From: the human T2T-CHM13v2.0 reference genome, Homo sapiens
Assembly: GCF_009914755.1 (NCBI RefSeq)
Contig: NC_060928.1
DNA length: 64,000 nucleotides
Reading direction: 5' to 3' (one strand)
Part shown: positions 11,949 through 27,699 of the stretch, piece by piece
How positions within the stretch are numbered: the stretch's first letter is position 1
Layout: each line of letters begins with the position of its first letter
Notes under the pieces: generated by a model
Database searches by the model: none
The model's input: the letters and a program-made list of their open reading frames with translations, nothing else
What the model was told of the DNA's origin: nothing
Program-made: the position numbers and the translations under genes

Positions 11949-14900
11949 GGACACAAGAGTGGGAGGGCTGCTCACAGGCTAGAAACAAAGTACAAGGAGG
12001 TAGGGCCTCTGAGTCAAGGACAAGGACATTACACAATTAAACCCTTAGAAGAGGAATTCACCATCTCTGGCAATTTCCCCCTTTGTCTTTTGATACTTTT
12101 TCCTCTGCAAATTTTTCTAACATAATTCAGCTCTGTTGTTCAACTTGTTCACCTAGGAACAAAATCCTATCTGAGTATGGAGGAGGAGAGGTAGGGGTGG
12201 TTTTTGTGAGAACTGTTTCTATAATAAGTCTTTGCATTAACCCATGGATACGGGGTATGATGCAGCATCATACAATGAGTGCACCTGTAACAGTTGCAAG
12301 AGAGGTTAATATTGAAGTCAAAAGCCCTTTCCATTTACCAAACCACTTTTCCATGAGACTTGTGAAGGGGTTATTCCGGAATTTTTGGCTAACTAGGGAT
12401 GAAAGTACAGAATTGGACTCCAATAATAACACAGACTCTGCCATTTTCTGCTAACATGTCAAGGGCTATCATATTCTCCCAGGCCATCCAGCTGGTGGGG
12501 CCTAATTGTTCAGTGACCCCTTTAATGGCATCTCTTGTGTAATTGACAAGCTGCTGTTGATTATAGTAAATGTAATTTATCCAATCTACATTTTTGTTTA
12601 TAGTTGACCACCAGGACAGTGCTGATTTGAATCCTGTAGCTATTTGGTTTCAGGCTTTAAATTAATCTGGTACCCCTCGTGGGATTCCAATAGCATCTAT
12701 ATAAATGTGAGGGTCAAAAGACCTGTGAGGAGCAACCCTTTTTTCCCCAACATCCTTTCCTGTTACGTTGATGGAATGCCAGAGTGAAAGGGATGGCCAA
12801 TCAGACTAGAGTGCAAGTGCCACTCCAGTTACTAGGCAGAGTACCCAATTGTAGTCCACCACAGTACCACCATACATCTGCTTGAGAATAGACAAAGGCA
12901 GCTTGACTGGTAAGCTCTTGGAAAGGCTTGATTTCACTACACCCTTTTAGGTTTCTGAGGGACATTAATCCTTCCCTTTGCCATGAGAGACATGAGGTAA
13001 AATCAACATTAGGAGCTGGAGGCTGGATGGCCCATGGGGGCTGAGCTGTGGGGCCTTTAACTTCAGAGAACAGCAGTGAGAGAGTCTTCCATGCCTCATT
13101 GTCCCAGGCTGTGGGGTTTTGAAAGAGACTCACCATGCAGCTTATACCTGATTGGTCAGAAGACCCTCCAAGTGGGAAGGGTACTATTTGGGCCTCTGGC
13201 CTACCTGCTGCACAAGTGTAACAGTTGCTTTTGTTTAGTGTGCGAACAGAATATTTAATCCATTCCCAGCAGATATTTGCATCTCGGTATCCTGTTTCAA
13301 TTGCAGGGTTTGTCTTAGATCTTTTACTTCTACAATGTCTACTATGGTTTCATCATGGGGTATGGGAAGAACAGCCATTTGATTAGGATTTAGAAGGAGA
13401 GAGAGGTGAAGGAGTAATGAAGCACATCTCAAAGGATCCTGTAGGGTCTATTCCAGGAGCATCAGCTCCTAGGCCATAGAGATCTAGAATGGGGTTAGTG
13501 TCGGTAGACTTGGGGACAGTGACAGAGATTTGCACAGGGTTACATTGTTGGAGTTGAAAATTGGAGGGAGTTCTCTCTCTCTGGTAAAGTGGATGTAAGG
13601 CTTTAGGTCAGTGCAATCTCCTCCCGGGGAGGTCCAGCCTTGATACTTGGTGGTCCAGACCAAATCTTCCCAACTAGGACAGAACTTCCAATAACTGCTT
13701 TGTGCTTGCTTGGTGCAAGAGTCAGTTTTGTAGGCAGTCTTATTTATCCTGGAATGGCAAGGGTACCTTTCTGAAGAGGCAAGCTTTCTTTGGCTTTGGA
13801 GATGTCCACAGGGCATGACAAGACAAGCATCAAAGGTAATGGTTTGAGGAGAGCTAGATCTGGTTACATTGATACTAAAGTGTGACTAGCAATAGAAGGG
13901 AAAAAGAAATAAAACATAAGAGGATCAAACCTGTTTTAGCTTTAACTTGGTTGGAGCTGGCCCTGGAATAGCTGTCCATGATTGTGGAGGAGGTGGTCTT
14001 CCTTTGACCTGAGTGTGATGAGCCATCCCTTTTTGGTGGTGCAGACAGCTGTTCTTGGTCCTTAGAAGCACTAGATAGGATCCCTCCCAGGTGGGCTCGA
14101 GCTTCCCTTCTTTCCAACCCTTGATGAGGACGTTGTCTCCAGGCTGGTGGTGGTGAACTGGAAATTCGAGGGGTGGCCTCTGTGCTAGGAGGCCTTTGGT
14201 TCTAAGGGAAGAGAAAGTGGAGGATGGACCAAGTATATAGTTTTTGGGGAATAGATCTTTTGTTTCAAATGTAGGAATGTCAGCAGTGGAGTGTAAACAA
14301 AGCAACCCAAACAGCATTTCATAAGGGGTAAGCCAACATCTTTTGGAGGGGCAGTTCAGATTCTCAACAAGACAATGGAAAGGCATTTAATCCACGGTAA
14401 TTGAATCTCTAGGACTAATTTGGTTAGGTGTTTCTTCAGAGTCTAGTTCATTCTTCTCTTCCTGATGAAGGTGGGTGCCAGGGGATATGGTAGTCCCATG
14501 TTATATCCAGTACTTGGGCTAGTTTCTTAATGACATTTGTAGTGAAATGAGTCCTATTATCTGAATCAACATTTTCTATTAATCTGAACCTGGGTATAGT
14601 ATTTTCAACAAATGTCTTGACTGCATTGTTAGCAGTTGGACTTGAAAAGGGTGAATAGCTTCTACCCAATGAGTAAGGTGATCTACTATCACTAATATTT
14701 TAAGTGACCGATTGGGGGCATTTTGGTGTAATCAACTTGGACACTTTGGAATGGTCTTAATCCTGGATTTCTCCCAAGAGGTGGTTTTCTGAGGGTCTGC
14801 TTATTAATTTTCTTACATACTAGGCAACTATCTGTAACCTGTCTTGCTAAAGTATAAATTCTTATACATTCCTATAAACCCGGAGGCCTGCAACATATGT

Positions 14901-16868
14901 AGCTTGAGGTCCCCAAATGAGTCCCTTAATGCAGACGAGAGAGAACTTCTCTCATGAGGAGTTTGGATAACATTTCTCTTTGATCTGGTAACACCCATTT
15001 CCCTTATGAATTTTCTTTGTTCCCTATTTTTATCTTTTTCAGCGGGAGAAGAAATGGGGATTGCAGTTGGGGGAGGAAGACAAGGGGCTAAGTGAAAAAC
15101 AGGCATTTCAGAGGAAGTGGCAGTTTGTTTGGCTATTTGATATGCAAGGTTATTCCCTTGGCCTTCAAAAGCGATACCTTTCTGATGTCTTGGAACATGG
15201 ACAATAGCTATTTCTTCTGGTAACTGGAAGTTATCTAATACCTGAGTGATTAATTCTTTGTGGACCAGGTCTTGGCCTTTGTTAATAAGACCTCATTCAG
15301 TCCAAATTTTTCCAAAGGTGTGAGCTACCCCGAAGGCGTACTTGGAATCAGTGTAAATAGTCTCTTCTTGTTCTGCAAGTGCCTTAAGGCTTGATTTAAT
15401 GCAAACAATTCACATGTTTGGGCAGACCAATTAATGGGCAGTCTTTCTGACTATTTCAAGGGCTTCCCCATGACTACTGGGTACCCATTATGTCTCTTTT
15501 CTTCAATTACTCAGGAAGAGCCATCTATAAGTGCTGCCCCATTTTGAAAGGGGTCTCTCTTAAATCAGGCCTAACTTTTGTATGATAATTAAATCTAAAC
15601 ATTCATGCTCAGGTCTCTTTAGATTTGATTCCCAGTCAGGAAACTTGCTGGGTTAAATGAATTATCAGTTGTTAGGGTTAAATCGTGTCTTTCTAACAGG
15701 ATAGCTTCATACTTTAAAATTCTTGGTCAGTGAGCCATCTTCCTGCCTTCTGATTCAAGATAGTTCTAACCTGATGGGGCATGCTTACAACTAAGTTTCC
15801 CCCAAAGGCAAGCTTTCTGCTTACTTTAGTTAACAAGGTGGTAGCTGTGATGGATTGAATACATTCAGGCCATCCACAGGCTACTGGATCTAAAACTCTC
15901 AATAGGAAAACTATGAGTTTCTGGTGACCCTATCTTCTTGGTTAAGTACCCCTAAAGCTACCTCCCTATCTATGCTAACAAAAAAGTGAAATGGCTTCTC
16001 TAGGGAAGGCAGAGCTAAAACAGGGGCAGTTATGAGCAGATGTTTTAGTTCCTCAACCTGGTGGATTTCTTCAGAAATCCACAGGAGACGGTCAGACTTT
16101 TCCTGGATAAGTTTTAGGTATAAAGTTTTTGTTTTTAGGGCATATGAGTCAATCCATAAGTGGCAATATCCAACTAATCCTAGGATTTTTCCTGAGTTCT
16201 TGTTTAGTTTTAGACAAAAGTAAGGACACAATCCCTTCAACTCGTTCAGGCCCTACCCTTCATTTGCCCTTGATTATTAAGTGTCCCAGGTATTTAACTT
16301 CAGGCTTTATGAATTGAAGCTTTCCCTTTGAAACCCATACCCCCTCCTTGCAAATGGTTAAAGAGATGGATGGAGAAGGCAGTTACCACCTCTACAGCCT
16401 TACCAGATACTAGAAGTCATCCATGTACTGGAGCAGGCATATACATTTTGGGGTAGAAACTTGTTGTAACACTTATTCTAGAATTTGACCAAAGAGGTTA
16501 GGGGAATCTGAACCCTTCAGGTCGAACTGTCAACCAATACTGTTGCTTTCATCCAGAATGGGGATCTTCCCATTTGAAAGCAAAAATGTCTCAGCTGTCC
16601 TTGGGCAAGGGGCGTAACCAAAAGGCATCCTTCAAATCTGTGAACCACTGATGTTCATATGGAATTTTACTGAGAATGGTGTAAGCATTAGGAACAACAG
16701 GGTGGGTAGCCTGGACTATCTGGTTGATGTCCTGGAGGTCTTGCACCACTTGATATGAGCCATCTGATTTCTTCACAGGCAGTATTGCGGTATTATAAGG
16801 GGACATACAGGGTTCAAGGAACCCATCCTTGATGAGGCTTTCAATTATAGGTTTTAGGCCTATTCTGC

Positions 16869-20958
<4,090 letters not shown>

Positions 20959-21422
20959 TGAGAGTCCAGGTTTATTCGTCACACCAGGTAGGTCCCGATT
21001 CCTCACCCTGAGGCCACCACAATGAGGCAGTGGCATGCATCTCCTCATGAGAGGTGACCAGAGACCCTTTCCCTGGAGGAGAATGGGAATCCCACAAAAG
21101 CCCCTAGATTTGTTAGAAACAAATGCTCAGTGTCGCAAAGTGAAACTAGCACTCAGGCAAAAGGTTTTCTCAGCAAGGCAATTTACTTCTGCAGAAGGGT
21201 GCTGCTTGTCTCAGCCATGATTGCAAGAGCACACTGAACAAAGGAGAGGAGTTTTTATCCCTAATGCAGTCCCTATCCCTGTGTCCTTCCCCTATTAGCT
21301 AGGGTTGGACTGCACAATCTAAAGTCATCCCAGTTGGCTAAGACTTAAACTTTTCCAAAAAAGGTAAATGTGCAATTCATAAGGGAGGGAGGGGGTGGGA
21401 GTGGTCCCTCTGCTACAGCACA

Positions 21423-21452
21423 AGGCATGTTTGGACATGTCTGGGCAAGTTC
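21423..21452. promoter_or_regulatory. p53 response element (three perfect half-sites) in the 5' LTR10
   Basis: AGGCATGTTT GGACATGTCT GGGCAAGTTC; all three match RRRCWWGYYY. Confidence 0.8.
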
Positions 21453-23399
21453 AGAGCATAACAAGAGTGGGAGGGCTGCTTGCAGGCTAGAAACATAGTA
21501 CAAGGAGGTGGGGCCTCTGAACCAAGGACAAGGACATCACACAATTAAACCCATTGAAGAAGAATTCACCATCTCTGGCATGGGCCTGCACCCTGACTAA
21601 GATACCCTTTCTTTGACAGGACCATGCAGAAAGACATGCAAAGCACACCAGATTGTCTACAGCTTAAGACCAACCTTATAAATCCTTTATCATTAATTAT
21701 ACATTTACAGAAAACATAAACAGTGATCCTTATTATCACTTTTACTGGTATGTGCAGGGAGAGAATCCAAAATCCAGCTGAGTAGTAAGAAATTTTTACC
21801 CTTTTGCTGCCAGCATATTAGGCTTCTGGGTTCCCTTCCCCTTAGTTCAACTTTAAGCCAAACATTTTAAGGTTTGGAGAATTAACTTTTCCCAAGTTGA
21901 AAGTACACAAAGAAAAGATGCAATTTTAAACCACAAGAGAAGGAAAAACACCATAGAAAGGAGTTCTACTAAGGGTTAAGAGGTAATACCTCTCTTCCTG
22001 TTGGGAATGGTGTTTCCCCTATTTCTTTGCCTTCCCTATTTTCTCTTTTCCCTTCTGGCCTACTATAGGAGACATATTGCTTATCTCCAAAATTTTCTTC
22101 TGCTTGCGGAACTGCCTATTTTAGCTAAAATGAGGGTTTGACTTTGCAGCAACATAACCTTCCCTCCATGTGAGATCAAATACCTGAGTTAAATTTTGGA
22201 AAGCTTCCATGTATCTAACAGGTTCATCAAAAGATCAGCCTTAGTTTCTCTTTACTTGCCTAAGGTCCTGCAATGAGAAGGGAACTTTAAGGAGCGCCAA
22301 ATAAGGGAGACCCTTAGATGACTTCCCTGAAAGTTACTTTAATTTTGGGAACTATTTTCCCCGAGCCTGCCCGATATGGCCACAAAAGAAAATAAGCCAC
22401 TTTTTCTTCAGAGTTTCAAGGTTGAAGGAGTCCCAGTGCTTCAACATATACTCCAGGGCATTTGTCAGAGTGGTGAGTATGGGAGCAAGCTCAAAATCTG
22501 TTCTATCATTCCAAGATGCTCTTCACCTCTATATTAAATCAAATAAATCAATGGGCGTCTGTTAGCCTAGTACATATGCTTAGCCTTGGCTGCTGTACTC
22601 AAGTCATGGATGTGAGGCTTGCTGGGGAGAACACGGAGAACCCCCTTTACCCATGGGGTATTGGGAATGTTGGCCATGTTTGAACTAGCTTATTTTCATG
22701 GGGGATCTTGCCATCACGCAAGGCTGGGAAAAGTCCTGAGGCAACTGAGAATTTCTGGCCAGGGCATGCCCAGGTGTGATTCAAAGGTCTCCGGACCGGA
22801 TGTAGCCTCTGACAACCAATTCTGGGTGTTGGCAGAGAACCTCAACTATCCTGGTGCACAACTCTTCTCTCTCTATCTGCAGCCTCTTACTCTTTCTCTG
22901 CATGAAATGTGCAAGATTTTTACAGTCTAGAAGCAGAGTTTTCCCCTTTCCCTCCCGCAGTGAGGTTAGTTGCTACCACTTCTCTGGTAAGCACATTGTG
23001 TTTCTCAGCACAAGGCATGTTTGGATATGTCTGGGCAAGTCTCAGCCAATGCACCAAAATGGTACAGTTCCTATGAGTGGAGAACACCAGGTTCTTCATC
23101 TTGAGTTGAATTAGAAAAAATGACATGGACACACATGGAGTAGTTTTAAGGTGCAGGGAGTTTAATAGGCAAGAAAGAAGGGGTAAGGAAGAAGCTCCCC
23201 TGTACAGAGACAGAGGGAGGAGGCTCCAAAGCTGAGAGACAGAACCCTCAAGAAGTCTTCTATATATGTCACTTCAACTTAAAACTGCAAGTGTGAATAT
23301 TTGGACTTAAAGAACATTTGGTTTGGGTCAGGTCCCCCTTTTACTTAACTGCCTAGTTACTTGCAGAGAGTCCATTTTTGAGACTTTTTTTAATCCCTC

Positions 23400-23960
23400 A
23401 GTAACCTAATCTATAAAATAGCAGCAAGAGAACATATGAGAAAGTACTTTGAATACAATAAGCTGCTTCTCAAAGGTACACATGCTTTTTATAGAATAAC
23501 AGAAAATTACCTGGAGCAGTTTTCTGGCTTTCCTCAATGGGTTGGACATTCTGTTGACCCTGTGGTTAAACAATTAGGTACCAACATGAGACAAGACCCT
23601 ATTACATGCTGGAAGGAAACCACTATAAAAGCCTAAGAACCTGAGCTTTCGTTTCAAAAAGCAAATTCTCCTAAGTCCTCTGTGTAACAGCTCTAGCTTA
23701 CACTTTGGTCTCAAACCACCTTTCTCATACTACAGTATGTGGTAGTCTACATAATTGACACTCTAATGAAATTAGTGGTAAAAGGCACTAAGTTTCTTAT
23801 GGTCAAATTTAAACCACACATGCAGACTCCACAAATACCAGAGGCATGCATGAAAGCTCTGAGTGGGTCAGGTAAAACAAAGGGAAGTAAATGTGTGACA
23901 CATGGTCATGCAGCAATCTTGGTTAATGGCAGTTGAGAGAAAATCAAAGATGCTTCTTCC
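23400..23960 (-). pseudogene. EBLN lineage e, N-terminal half, copy 1 (paralogs ~40220-40760 and ~54210-54780)
   Basis: The minus frame gives HLLPFVLPDPLRAFMHASG versus VFLCLLIPGLHAAFVHGG, then QHVIGSCLMLVPNCLTTGST...SR*FSVIL versus [20 protein letters not shown]...KKRFKTMM. Confidence 0.45.
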
Positions 23961-23999
23961 TTGGCAACCTTATTGAAAATGGGACTGCTTCCTTCCTTC

Positions 24000-24140
24000 A
24001 TCACAAGCCTACTCCATATCCTGCTTTGTTTTCTTCATAATACTCACCTGTCTCTATTTGAATGCAAATTGTGGGAGGCCAGGGACTTACTGTTCAGTGC
24101 TGTATCCTAGGTGCCCAGGATCATGCTTGCCCAGCACTCT
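24000..24140. mobile_element. Ancient L2 3'-end fragment, present in all three units (also ~40790-40940 and ~54800-54950)
   Basis: gaatgcaaattgtgggaggccagggac...gttcagtgctgtatcctaggtgccc resembles the L2 3' terminus. Confidence 0.6.
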
Positions 24141-26058
24141 GTAGAGGTTGTGTATTGTTGGGATGTAGCAGTCAGGCAGTCGGGTGTGTTACCACTAAAA
24201 GTACCACATTTGTCATTGCTTAAAAAAGGGATTTCAGTGCTTTTGATTACTGACCCGGATTCCCTAGAAAGTTGATCCTGAAACTACTTCTGTGCTTCTG
24301 TGTATTGGGGAAAGGGGTAAACGGGACAGCAAGGGTGAGGGGATAAAGTGAGACAGGAAAAGAAGTTAGGTGACTTCAGCTGCTCACAGCTTTACCAGAA
24401 AAAAACACAACTGTTTATCGTGGCAGGCAAAATGAAACACTATTAAAACACTTTGTGAAGGGGGGTAGATCAAATCTTCCATTCTAGTAGTATACAGCTA
24501 AACTTCTTAGACTTGATGCCTTGATGTATATTAAGGCTACTAGATTAATAGAAGCTTATTTCTGAATTGAAACGATAAAATTGGTAATGACATTCTCAGG
24601 TAATCTTGTCTTGACTTTCAACTACACTAACTCTCATTGATTTCCAGTATCCCATGAATTTATGCTAAAAATGATATACTTAAAATGGAAGGGATAAGTT
24701 TGAATAGTACTATAAAAATCCAGGTTGACAATGTTATTTCTCTAGAAATACTACAAGTCACAAGTGTAAACCCTACCATCTTACTTATGCTCTCTGTTCT
24801 GCTTTTGTGCTTCAACTCTGCTTTCCCTGAGTTTATAAAAAGAGGGAAAGCAGAAGAGCTGCTACCAAATGGGATCATATTCTTTTTGATGTAGGACTTC
24901 TCACAGCTTTGGCTCTCGAAGTTATTGAGATGACGTTTGGGGTGTCAGGTGTCTATAAGAATTGACTGCCTGTGAAATGGAGGGGAAGGCAAGATTAGGG
25001 AGAAAAGTCAACTGATATGGGCTGGACCAAGTATTCACTAAGCTGGTGGGGAGTTCAAGAGCTAGTATTCCCCGTTTTCCTGAATCAGGCCATGATGGTT
25101 GGGCCCAAGAAGGAAGAACATTCTGCAGAGGCTTCAGGAAGAAGTTTTAAAGGTGGGAGTAGGTTACCCAAGTCAGAAGGATGTGAAAAGACTGAGAGGC
25201 TAGTATAGATAGAAGCCCTTATTAGATGTGAGTACAGTGGGAAGGCATAGGGTAAATAGTGCCAGGTAAAGTGTGTGTTGTGGGAAGGACTTCACCACCT
25301 AGGATACAGCTGCTGGAAGAAGTGAGGTGCTATGGCTATGAGGGAATGGGGGACTATTTACCCACCAACCTCTTAAATGCCTCCTGTTGTCCAACCCCAC
25401 TGGAAACAAGAGGACAAAGGACCACATGTGATGCAGTTCATAAACAATTGGCACATCTGGGCATAGAGCAGGGCAAAGGAGGATGAAATGTTTATGAAGG
25501 AAGCAAGTAGAGAAAAACATCTGGGTTTCATGTTGGAGAGAGAACCAGTGGTGATAGACTAGAAGAGTCCTAAAGGAATATATAGGGTACAAGTCCGGGA
25601 CGGAAGCAGTTTTTGGGAAGAATGGGTTAAGCTAAAGGGAAAATAGGCCTAGAAGCAGATGAACAGCAGAAAGTGTTCAGGAGCGGGAAGACCTGAGTGT
25701 TGGGGAACAGATGCTGAAGGCTGACACAGAGCAAAGATGCAGAGAGTCAGCTTCTATGTCAATGTTAAATACCTTAGAGGGTGGCTTGAGGGCCACAGTA
25801 GAGGATGTTTTCTAAGTATGGTTTTCACAACCAACACTATATTCATTTTTTCTTATGCATGAAAAAATACATCAGTTTAAAAAAAGTAGGAGGCTTAGCA
25901 TGTCTTTGACTTCCCTGTCAGTACGTCTTAACACATACAACTTCTACTGTAACATAGAAGCATTTTTAGGCCTCTTACACTCCTCCAATTCTTATCTTAA
26001 TGTTGAGGATAAGTGATTAAAGCACAGCAAATTACACAATATGAAGGTATTGCCAGAG

Positions 26059-26490
26059 TGTAGCAGGATAAGTGCAGACAAAATCCCTCAGATACCGGGT
26101 TAAAGAAGGAAGAGGCTTTATTTGGCTGGAAGTATCAGCAGACTTGTGTCTCCAGAACTGAGCTCCTCACCAAGCAGTTCCTGGCCCTTTTTAAGGGCTT
26201 ACAACTCTAAGGGGTCCACGTGAAAGGGATTGAGCAAGCAAGGGGTACGTGACTTGTTGGGGTGGGGGGGGCGGTGAGCAGGATCAATGCTTCTAGGAGA
26301 ATGTTTCTCTATACTATGTCTGAAATCTATAGATAACGCATGTGGTTAGAGCAGAGGTTAATTTTTAACCCCAGGTCTGGCCAGTGGTGCCAGTCAGTCT
26401 TGCCACTGACTTCATCCCTGTTGCTTTTCAGCTTTTACTTCCTCCTCCTCTTGGGAGACAGGAGACAGTAAGAAATGGCTCTTCTCCTCA
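26059..26490 (-). mobile_element. Solo LTR2-family (HERV-E/Harlequin) LTR
   Basis: TG...CA ends. The minus-strand 3' end is ttttgtctgcacttatcctgctaca with an upstream AATAAA. Flanks cagag/caggg. Absent from paralogs. Confidence 0.85.
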
Positions 26491-26891
26491 CAGGGACACA
26501 GCAGAGAAGATAGCAGCTCATTGGCAGTCTCTGCTGCACAAGAGTGCAGTGGAATTTGCTGGTGTACACCCACAGGTTCAGTCTAGGGCACTTTTAATTT
26601 ATGTAGTGGCTTTTCTTTAAAAAAAAAAAACCTCGCTAAATGCACAACAAATATGCAGATGGTGACTTCAGCAAGAAATAAAATCACTACTGAACAGAAT
26701 GACTAATGACAAATTTGAATCTTTAGCTCTTTCAAAGATGCTGGAAAACATTAAGGAACACTAGCTTGCACCTTCTACTAGTCCAGGCAGTTCTTATAGG
26801 ACCCTGTATGCTTTCTCCTTCCTGGGGTTTTAAGGTTTCCAGATACAGTAACATGTAGTTGATAGGCAGACAACTTCCCCTAGATAACTTA

Positions 26892-26943
26892 TTAGGCCAT
26901 TAAAAGTAATGACAAAAAACAACAATTACTTTTGCACCAATCT
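26892..26943. mobile_element. Internally deleted MADE1 (Hsmar1 MITE)
   Basis: ttagg|ccattaaaagtaatgacaaaaaacaacaattacttttgcaccaatct is the central and 3' arm of MADE1; most of the 5' arm is missing. Confidence 0.8.
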
Positions 26944-27699
26944 GGTGTTACACTAAGAACAGTTACCCTGATTATTCTCCATGGTTGTTGATAAACACCA
27001 TTAAACCATTAAATTTATACAGAAAATGCATCTACATATTCCCCAGGTATAAAGAAAGATGGACCAGTAGAAAGAAAAGTACCATTCCAAGCATCTCAGT
27101 GGTAGGAAGATGGATATCTGGTATCTCCTCTCCCTTGACCAGTTGAGGGGGCTGTGTTGGGATCCTCCCTGGTCTCTCTGAATAGATAAAACTATATATA
27201 CTCCATAGTATATATATTCCATAGTAGATGCATAGACTCTAGACAATTGATAACCCCCAGTGGGAACTGTTTCTCCTGAACTCAGGAGGAAGGGCCAACT
27301 TTGTTTTTTTTGTTTTTTTTTTTTTAGACACGTGTTTAGGCTAGATAGGTAAGACAAAGAACTCCCTAGATGAGCCAACACTAGGCAGGAAACCAGACCA
27401 GATGGTAAAATAACTAGTACCCAGGGTGAGAATACCAGAAGAAATTGTGAAAAATTAGAATAAATCATCTCCCATATTAGAGGAGCTGAAATGGGCAGCA
27501 CAATTCAGGGGGCTCCAGGGTGCTTTTGTGCTACCTAGTGTACTGTTCTCAGGACACTTTGAAACTTGCAGTATGTTTGGCTCCTTCAGCTTTGCCTAGG
27601 CATTTAGTGCAGCTTGCATCCAGATGACTATTTTTTGGGTAAAGGCCTGTGTTTAAAAATCACTGGTGTCCAGGGGTTTCCATTTCTTGGTAATGAGGA

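Larger units (their letters stand above)
25620..27200 (+). pseudogene. EBLN lineage b, copy 1 (interrupted by LTR2 and MADE1)
   Basis: RDTAEKIAAHWQSLLHKSAVEFAGVHPQVQSRALLIYVVAF (ORF 26384-26620) versus [41 protein letters not shown], followed by NMQMVT versus YAQMTT. Confidence 0.65.

Noticed and set aside
24817-24854. 12-bp stem hairpin (tctgctttccct...agggaaagcaga), miRNA-like
   Set aside because: It is too short for a pre-miRNA and is broken in the third paralog.
26545-26560. CTGCAC-N4-GTGCAG mini-palindrome conserved in four copies
   Set aside because: It is only a 6-bp stem within EBLN-b coding-derived sequence. Shared descent explains it and there is no covariation.
26892-26943. miR-548-type hairpin
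   Set aside because: The MADE1 lacks most of one arm, so the long hairpin cannot form.
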